Assembly (NCBI GenBank): GCA_048938295.1
Contig: JBHLMI010000022.1
Coordinates: 14,643 to 46,642, forward strand
DNA length: 32,000 nt
Source: Promethearchaeota archaeon
GTDB taxonomy: Archaea > Asgardarchaeota > Hermodarchaeia > Hermodarchaeales > Hermodarchaeaceae
Reading direction: 5' to 3'
Each line of letters starts with the position of its first letter. Within the stretch, counting starts at the first letter, position 1. The position numbers were made by a program, and so were the translations under genes. Shown piece after piece: positions 25,741 to 32,000 of this stretch. Under the pieces are notes generated by a model. That model worked only from the letters and a program-made list of their open reading frames with translations, made no database searches and had not been told where the DNA came from.

Positions 25741-25811
25741 GACATTGTTAGTTCCCGGGTTTGTGCCACTTAATTATTATCCACGCATAAAGTCTGCCTA
25801 CTCTCACCTCG

Positions 25812-26954
25812 CTAGAACGCCCATATTCCGAGTAGGGCAAATATCCATCGCCCGTCCAATGCGATGAAAAGGATGAGATAGGTTAGAGCAATATCCCAAT
25901 ACGATGAACGCTTTTTCCTGAATGGAAGCCAGAAATAGGCAAAGAGAACTGAGAGGCTAAGATAGCTGAAGGTAATTAATAGCCAGCCCCCAATTCCAAT
26001 TACTCGATAGAATCCTAATATCACGCCAAAAAAGACGATCCCATACAGATGATGCGCCACATAGGAAATGAGGGCAATTTGCCCGTTCATTTCAAAGAAC
26101 CGGCTGGCGGCATTCCACCATTTCCAAACATCGATGGTAGTAACCACACTGGCAACCGAAAGAAGCGCCATGCCAGTCGAAAGTAAAAAGAAGCCGTTGG
26201 TTAAAGGATATTGAGTAACAGGATCACCGAGAAGGAAAAATGGAATAACTAAGGAACACAACAAACCGCTCACGACCAACAGGTCGTACACGAGCCGACG
26301 TGGATTGGAAGGCTTTTCGATAAGCGCTTCCCCAATGAAGGTGCCAATAATGGGACAAGCAAGCCAGGGGAACAAGGGAGCTTTACCAGTTGCAATAACA
26401 GCTGAGAGATGATCTAGCCATGTTTGAGGGGGGGCATAGTGTATATTGCCCACAGTTCCCACGATGGCTTCATAATTCAACCAAACTCGGAGAAATGGAG
26501 CTAAAATGATAATTATGATTGGAAGGAGGAAACGATAGCGCTTCGGCAGATAAAGGGTGAGTTGGGCAACAATAAGTGACAGGCCAATAAGTTGAAGGAT
26601 ACTCCAGTCCAGAATCCAGATTGTCCCAAACATCACCACCGAAAACAGATAGCCCAAGCCCATGATGAGCAGGCCTCGTATGAACACCCATCGCCAAATG
26701 GATGATAGAGGAGTACCCTTCTGTTGGAAGCGCTTATTCACCAAAACAATACTAATCCCAGCAACAACATAGAATAATGGTGCAGGAATAATTCCAAAAA
26801 ACAGAATTAGCATGGCTGCGAGTGAATGGAAGCCTCCACCCACGAAGGTTTGTCCAAAATGGTTAATGACCATGAAAATGAGCGCAACTCCACGTAGTAC
26901 ATCCACGGAAGCCACGCGATTATCGTGTTCAACAAATGACTCCGCTTCTTCCAT
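25812..26954 (-). CDS. DUF1624 / HGSNAT-like multi-pass acyltransferase-family protein
   Basis: RVASVDVLRGVALIFMVINH, PAPLFYVVAGIS, WSILQLIGLS, PLFPWL and GQIALISYVAH. Start ATG 26954 inferred. Confidence 0.75.
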   Translation of the reverse strand: MEEAESFVEHDNRVASVDVLRGVALIFMVINHFGQTFVGGGFHSLAAMLILFFGIIPAPLFYVVAGISIVLVNKRFQQKGTPLSSIWRWVFIRGLLIMGLGYLFSVVMFGTIWILDWSILQLIGLSLIVAQLTLYLPKRYRFLLPIIIIILAPFLRVWLNYEAIVGTVGNIHYAPPQTWLDHLSAVIATGKAPLFPWLACPIIGTFIGEALIEKPSNPRRLVYDLLVVSGLLCSLVIPFFLLGDPVTQYPLTNGFFLLSTGMALLSVASVVTTIDVWKWWNAASRFFEMNGQIALISYVAHHLYGIVFFGVILGFYRVIGIGGWLLITFSYLSLSVLFAYFWLPFRKKRSSYWDIALTYLILFIALDGRWIFALLGIWAF

Positions 26955-27079
26955 GCATCCACAACCACGGTATCCAAGTAATCTTTCTAGGCAGGCTAGC
27001 GTTCTCTGCCCCATAAAAGAGATTCTCATGTAGGCTTAAGAATCTGCAAGTTAATCAAAAACTTCCCATAACTTAGCGC

Positions 27080-27397
27080 GTGAGCAAGGCGCTACTGGGA
27101 ATAAGTAGCAAATTATTGAACACCCTCTTTGGGTATGGTGAAGAACCATCACAACTGATTGCCTGGACCATGGTGACCATTCTCTTGACGGCGTTTGTTC
27201 TTTTCTTCTTCAATCCAACTCAAGGAGTACTAGGATTTCTAACTAATCTGGCAACTGCCATGGTGTCCTTTGCGGATGCTCCTCCCATCATGATTGAGCA
27301 AATCCCCCAATTTTGGTTCACAAGCGTAACCACTTTTGTGGGCATATTTTTTCTAGCACTCTCTGTGTTTATCCTCGGTCGAAAGGTTGAACGCTAG
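27080..27397 (+). CDS. Small membrane protein resembling the isolated C-terminal GYGExP membrane module of larger channel-like proteins (possible remnant)
   Basis: LFGYGEEP...W, two TM helices flanking a short helix, ending ALSVFILGRKVER. An in-frame TAG lies two codons upstream of the GTG. Confidence 0.45.
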   Translation: MSKALLGISSKLLNTLFGYGEEPSQLIAWTMVTILLTAFVLFFFNPTQGVLGFLTNLATAMVSFADAPPIMIEQIPQFWFTSVTTFVGIFFLALSVFILGRKVER

Positions 27398-28503
27398 TGT
27401 TCTAATGCTGGAAAGATATCCTCTGCGAGGATACGTGACACATCAAAGTAGGTAAAGGGTGCATTTCGTTTACTGACCCCATTGATTATTTCGAAACAGA
27501 GGCTCTGTGCGCCTGCCGAGATGTATGCTTGGATTGTCTTCCGAATATCTTCAAGGGATCCTACCAAAGTCGTGGATTTGACCGCGTCTTCAGGAATATC
27601 AGCAACAATTGGGAACAGTTTACTGAAGTCAAGGTTGATTACATCATCAGAATCATAGGTCAGTAGACTAATCCGATCTGGACGAAGTCCCTGATCCAGA
27701 TAAATCTGAGTATACTCGTCCCTCCAATAGCCTAAAGCATCCAAGACCTGCGGCTGTAAGACGAGTTGCGCCCGATAATCTCGTAGATATTGGGATATGC
27801 GCTCTGGGTCATCATGCATAAACACTCGTCCCCAGTACCCAGCCGTAACATCCGAAGGAGCACGGTCAAAACGTTTCATATGTTGGTGAATATCTTTCAG
27901 ATCATCCCGGTATAATTGTGGTAACGCGGCATGAGGAAGCCAGCCATCTGCGTGCTGAGCAGTTAGTTTCCGGGTTTGTGTACCATTTCCAGCAATCCAT
28001 AAGGGAGGATTTGGTTGCGACAGGGGTTTGGGTTCGAGAACAGCGTGTTTCAGGTGATAGAATCGACCTTGATAGCTAATTGGCTCAGTTTGGCCCCATA
28101 ATAACTTCATAACTTCGATGCATTCCTGTAAACGACTCACAGCATATTTCGAATCAAACCCATAGGCAGCTAGATTCATTTTTTCGCCAGCACCAACACC
28201 AAGGATGAACCGTCCACCAGATTGGTGATCCAAGGAGACGGCGTTTTGTGCTAAGATGGCTGGGTGCAAACGAATCGCATCAGTTACTGCGACTCCAAAA
28301 GACAGCTCTGAGGTTATTTCCGTGAAAGCGCCTAGCATTGTCCAGGGAGAGAGAAAGGTATCAATGCCAAAATTAGTCATTCCACGTAAATGATCAGGTA
28401 CCCAGCAAATGCTCCAGTTCTTTTGCGCAATCATTTGGGCAAGTTTGGTTTTCACCAAGTCCCAGGATTGTGAGTAAAAAAGCTGTTGTCCAAATTCAAT
28501 CAT
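27394..28503 (-). CDS. LLM-class (luciferase-like) flavin/F420-dependent oxidoreductase
   Basis: WVPDH, GVAVTD, LDHQSGGRFILGVGAGE and PPLWIAGNG...AQHADGW. Confidence 0.9.
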   Translation of the reverse strand: MIEFGQQLFYSQSWDLVKTKLAQMIAQKNWSICWVPDHLRGMTNFGIDTFLSPWTMLGAFTEITSELSFGVAVTDAIRLHPAILAQNAVSLDHQSGGRFILGVGAGEKMNLAAYGFDSKYAVSRLQECIEVMKLLWGQTEPISYQGRFYHLKHAVLEPKPLSQPNPPLWIAGNGTQTRKLTAQHADGWLPHAALPQLYRDDLKDIHQHMKRFDRAPSDVTAGYWGRVFMHDDPERISQYLRDYRAQLVLQPQVLDALGYWRDEYTQIYLDQGLRPDRISLLTYDSDDVINLDFSKLFPIVADIPEDAVKSTTLVGSLEDIRKTIQAYISAGAQSLCFEIINGVSKRNAPFTYFDVSRILAEDIFPALEH

Positions 28504-28573
28504 TCAGACCACGAGTCCAATTGAGGATGCAGATAAGCATTCACCACTTGGGCTTCTTATATCTGACTTTTCA

Positions 28574-28786
28574 CTAGCGAGGTCTGCGTCTGGATGAGAT
28601 GATGATGACAAGGAGTGACGCAATCACAACTCCAAAGACAACCCACCAAATCCAACCCACCCAAATAATGCTGCCATTGATTTCTGCCCAGCCACGAAAA
28701 ACTGCCATGTAACCGGAGACAGTGAGTATTACAAATGTCATGAAAGCGATACAGGCAATATCGATCTTTTCGAGCCCCGCCATCAT
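28574..28786 (-). CDS. Small 2-TM membrane protein
   Basis: 70 aa from ATG 28786 with GGTGA RBS. Two hydrophobic helices and a basic tail RRRPR. Confidence 0.55.
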   Translation of the reverse strand: MMAGLEKIDIACIAFMTFVILTVSGYMAVFRGWAEINGSIIWVGWIWWVVFGVVIASLLVIIISSRRRPR

Positions 28787-28997
28787 ATTTTCACCTTCTT
28801 GAAGCTTGCTGCAATATGTGTAGCCATTTCCACAAAATTCTGAGGCCAATCTGTCCAGATTATCCATAGAATACAATACTATAAGGTTGACGATTTCAGA
28901 GGATTACGTAACATTAAGCACACTTAAATGACCCCAGCCGCCAATGGAAACGGAAACCCTGTATAAAACCACTTTCATCCCTGGTTAGGTGAAATCC

Positions 28998-30056
28998 ATG
29001 ATTAAAACTAAACTCACCGAAATGCTCGGCTGCAAACACCCCATTATCCAAGCGGCAATGGGACCCTTCTACACCACTAAACTGTGTGCAGCCGTTTCCA
29101 ACGCAGGCGCCTTCGGTATCGTTTCACACACGAACCTACGCAATATGGACCCCATCAAGGAGATGGAAAACAACATCCTCGACGTGGTTGAAAATACCGA
29201 TCGGCCCTTCGGTGTCAACATTCGAACAGCTCGACTCCAAATCGATTATCCTGAGCTAATTAAACTCATCCCACGGCTCCGCAAGGAGAACAAAAAAGTT
29301 AGAGAGCAGCTCCACCTGGTTATCACTTCAGCAGGTGATCCCCGTCCTGGTGCTCACCACTTCAAAGAGGTCGACCCAGACCTTTTGGTCTTCCATGTGA
29401 TTCCTGCCAAATGGTTGGCAGTGAAAGCACTCAACCCAGATTGGTTCCAAAAGAAATTCCCAGGTACTAAAGGTCATCTTGATGGAATCATAGCCACCGG
29501 CTACGAAGGTGGCGGTCACAACTCGTATGAAAAAGTTGCAACCACTGTTCTCACCGCTGAAATGGTTGAAATGGCTGGTGACCTGCCTGTCGTTTCTTGT
29601 GGTGGGTGGTTTGATGGCAAGGGTCTGGCTGGTGCTCTAGCCATGGGAGCCGCTGGCATTCAAATGGGTACCCGATTCATCGCTACGAAAGAAAGCGAAT
29701 TCCACGAAGACTACAAGGCTCTGATTCTTCCCGCAACTGACGAGGACACCCTCGTGACAACAGGTGCCTTCGGACCAATACGATTACTCAAGAACGAATA
29801 CTCCAAGACGCACGGTGTGCCTGTACCCGACCGCGATGCCCGCATGGCCGAAGAAGCCTCAATGACAGCAGACGACCTTCTCGACGAGATGGAACGCTAC
29901 GAACTCGTCTACAAGGGAGATGTCCAGAAAGGCCCTATCCTTGTCGGTCAAACCATTGGTGGCATTGATACCATTCCAACGGTCAAAGAAGTCGTCGACA
30001 GCATCGTCAAAGAAGCTGAAATGCGACTCAAAGCAGCTGGCAAGTTGGTTTACTAA
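28998..30056 (+). CDS. Nitronate monooxygenase / FabK-like FMN TIM-barrel oxidoreductase
   Basis: HPIIQAAM, AVSNAGAFG, PFGVNI, GYEGGGH, PVVSCGG..DGKGLAGALAMGAAGIQMGTRF. ATG 28998 with AGGTGA RBS. Confidence 0.92.
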   Translation: MIKTKLTEMLGCKHPIIQAAMGPFYTTKLCAAVSNAGAFGIVSHTNLRNMDPIKEMENNILDVVENTDRPFGVNIRTARLQIDYPELIKLIPRLRKENKKVREQLHLVITSAGDPRPGAHHFKEVDPDLLVFHVIPAKWLAVKALNPDWFQKKFPGTKGHLDGIIATGYEGGGHNSYEKVATTVLTAEMVEMAGDLPVVSCGGWFDGKGLAGALAMGAAGIQMGTRFIATKESEFHEDYKALILPATDEDTLVTTGAFGPIRLLKNEYSKTHGVPVPDRDARMAEEASMTADDLLDEMERYELVYKGDVQKGPILVGQTIGGIDTIPTVKEVVDSIVKEAEMRLKAAGKLVY

Positions 30057-30070
30057 GAAAATACTTATTT

Positions 30071-30112
30071 TACGAGGAGCTGTGAAATCGCTCCTCGTGT
30101 TACTTCTTTTTT
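30071..30112 (+). terminator. Hairpin plus T tract after the NMO/FabK-like gene
   Basis: ACGAGGAGC (30072-30080) / GCTCCTCGT (30090-30098) 9-bp stem followed by GTTACTTCTTTTTT. Confidence 0.75.
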
Positions 30113-30178
30113 CTGAGATTGGTCATCTCCTGGTTTGCAGAAGGATTAAGTGCTCTAGTGGATAGGAAACCAAGGGAT

Positions 30179-30967
30179 ATGAGAATGGCATCTGTTTCAA
30201 TGGTTGCAGCAAAGATTATTACCGAAGAAGTGCTGGGTCTCACTATCACTACAGTTGTAGATAATCAATCAGCTCGACCCGACTTGAGTAATGTTTGCGG
30301 ATTATCCTTGCACGTAGAGATTCAGTTTCCTGGACGGGCTGAGGCACTCCTGATGGATACGAGCGGAAGTGCCCAAGTATTCAGACATAACGCGCAAGTC
30401 TTGGGTCTTGATTTCACGAACCTTCGTGCCCTAGTGATCACCCACTTTCATCACGACCATTTTGGGGCCATTGAACCAGCATTAGAACTCTTCCGGCATA
30501 CTGATTTAGTTGCCTATTTACCTACACATCACAACGAGCTGGAAATGACTTTGAGTCGTGCCAATATTCGCCGGAGTATCGCTGAAGAGGGTCAAATGAT
30601 TCGGTCAGGAGTAGCGACGACAGGCGCGCTTGGTCCAAAGAAGCTCAAAGAACACGCTGTCGCATTAAATGTTGAGGGTGTCGGTCTTGTCCTTTTAACA
30701 GGATGTGCCCACCCAAAGGTGGGGCGGTTGTTGCAGGCAGGGAAGAAGGTGTTCCCGAGTCGTCCTGTTCATACAGTAATTGGCGGATTCCATTTGAAGA
30801 CGGAAGAGGAAGGCTTTGAAGTCGGTACGCTGTTCAAGAAAGAACAGGTCAAGCTGGTTTCGCCCTGTCATTGTACGAAGAAGGTGGCAAAGGATGCACT
30901 TCGTCGAATTGTTGGTGAAGAGGTATACCGAGAAAACGGCAGTGGTACAATCTTCACCATTCCATGA
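30179..30967 (+). CDS. Metallo-beta-lactamase-fold hydrolase (archaeal MJ0448-like)
   Basis: LMDTS, ITHFHHDHFGA, LTGCAHP, IGGFHL and PCHCT. Start uncertain (30119-30200). Confidence 0.85.
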   Translation: MRMASVSMVAAKIITEEVLGLTITTVVDNQSARPDLSNVCGLSLHVEIQFPGRAEALLMDTSGSAQVFRHNAQVLGLDFTNLRALVITHFHHDHFGAIEPALELFRHTDLVAYLPTHHNELEMTLSRANIRRSIAEEGQMIRSGVATTGALGPKKLKEHAVALNVEGVGLVLLTGCAHPKVGRLLQAGKKVFPSRPVHTVIGGFHLKTEEEGFEVGTLFKKEQVKLVSPCHCTKKVAKDALRRIVGEEVYRENGSGTIFTIP

Positions 30968-31133
30968 CTAGCCTTAGAGCGTCAACAAACCTAAGGCTTA
31001 TTTGGCCAGATATCCAGACAGAAGCGATTTTTTCTATACGATCACTTTGAGGTCAATGGATTCTGACAATTGCTATGGTTTTTGGGTTTATTTTTTAGAG
31101 AGAAGCAGCTGAAGGGATAATGGTTGTTTGACG

Positions 31134-32000
31134 ATGCCTGAACAACTCATTTTTACAAGTGCGGTTTTTCCCAATAAAGAGTCAGAACTAAACACCCTTC
31201 TTCTCGTAGATAGTATCCGATCGTTTGCGGGCACCTTAGCCAAGAATCCTATATGGGTATTCACACCAGAATCCTCTGAGGGAATCGCTTCATCCACTAA
31301 GGAAACGTTAGCGGACCTTGGAGCAAAGGTTGTGTCTTTCATTATCGATGAATCTAAACTGCCGTTCTTCTTCGCGGATACAATTCAAGCGATTGCCTTT
31401 GCGGAATCGATGGCCGAACGAGACACAGAATTACTTGTCTGGTTGGATTCCAATACGCTAATTCTGAAGGAACCCAGCGAATTCTTATTACCTGACGAAA
31501 AAAGCCTGGGATATCGACCGGTACACCACACTTTAGTTGGCTCACGATTTGAAGACCCGCTTGATCCGTTTTGGACCGAAATCTATGAGTTCTGCCAGGT
31601 ACCACAAGACCGAGTCTTCCCCATGATAACCCATGTCGATGCTACAGAAATCCGACCCTATTTTAATGCCGGCTGTCTCATTACCCGTCCAACAAATCAT
31701 CTTTTCCGGATCTGGCATGACACCTTCTTTGAACTATACAGGAAACCCCGATGTGCAGCCTTCTATCAACAAGACAAACGCTATGAAATCTTCATCCACC
31801 AAGCAGCCCTCTCTGGTGTAATCCTCTCTATGTTTCCAACAGAAGAGCTTCAAGAACTCCCCAATACCTACAACTATCCACTTCACCTTTTCGGAGAGGA
31901 CATAACAAAAAACAAACCCGCAACACTAGAAGAGCTTGTAACAATACGCCATGAGGGATTCTATCAGGAGCCAAACTGGATAAAGAAAATCCCAGCTCAA
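31134..32000 (+). CDS. GT-A-fold (GT8-like) glycosyltransferase-like protein, partial at the window edge
   Basis: Manual translation MPEQLIFTSAVF...LVWLDSNTLIL...PYFNAGCL...HQAALS...YNYPLH is open for 289 codons to the window end. Absent from the ORF track because it has no stop. Confidence 0.65.
   Translation, partial: MPEQLIFTSAVFPNKESELNTLLLVDSIRSFAGTLAKNPIWVFTPESSEGIASSTKETLADLGAKVVSFIIDESKLPFFFADTIQAIAFAESMAERDTELLVWLDSNTLILKEPSEFLLPDEKSLGYRPVHHTLVGSRFEDPLDPFWTEIYEFCQVPQDRVFPMITHVDATEIRPYFNAGCLITRPTNHLFRIWHDTFFELYRKPRCAAFYQQDKRYEIFIHQAALSGVILSMFPTEELQELPNTYNYPLHLFGEDITKNKPATLEELVTIRHEGFYQEPNWIKKIPAQ

Noticed and set aside
29420-29490. Short insertion (NPDWFQKKFPG) in the NMO/FabK-like protein as an in-frame intron
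   Set aside because: No convincing stem or bulge geometry. It is more simply a surface loop.
477-31821. Numerous antisense or alternate-frame ORFs in the track (e.g. 477-890, 7561-7974, 14276-14569, 16692-17087, 17565-17990, 18730-19128, 31088-31821)
   Set aside because: They are shadows of well-supported genes and lack motifs or RBS. The three ORFs after 31088 overlap the long open GT-A-like frame.
1-32000. tRNA, rRNA, CRISPR arrays, transposases or integrases
   Set aside because: No T-loop/cloverleaf signatures, regularly spaced repeats or mobile-element proteins were seen by eye. A tRNAscan/Infernal run would be needed to exclude them formally.

Overview
A gene-dense archaeal chromosomal window, most likely from an Asgard archaeon. 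This is inferred from a Rab-like GTPase, a longin-like/TackOD1-like protein, form III RuBisCO, TrpB2, a presenilin-like protease and a C-terminally anchored peptide-binding protein. In order it carries: the edge of an HdrD/HdrE-like membrane redox module with a DoxD-like protein and an HTH-V4R regulator; an alkaline-phosphatase-superfamily enzyme; a longin-like/Zn-ribbon protein convergent with a Rab-like GTPase; trpB2; a divergently split oligopeptide ABC cluster followed by a GxGD intramembrane protease; rbcL; yjbQ; a two-subunit CoA-transferase; nitroreductase; pyk; a MoaD/SAMP-like protein; several oxidoreductases and hydrolases; and a few gene remnants. No rRNA, tRNA, CRISPR array or transposase was seen. 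The standout is the CoA-transferase alpha gene, which looks 'frameshifted' in the ORF track. It is interrupted by a 32-nt AT-rich insert (21786-21817, minus strand) that folds with exon 1 into a bulge-helix-bulge (BHB) motif with a 4-bp central helix and two 3-nt bulges. Cutting at the canonical BHB positions exactly restores a 303-aa reading frame. This is a candidate tRNA-endonuclease-spliced intron in a metabolic mRNA. All family assignments come from motif recognition by eye, not database searches.
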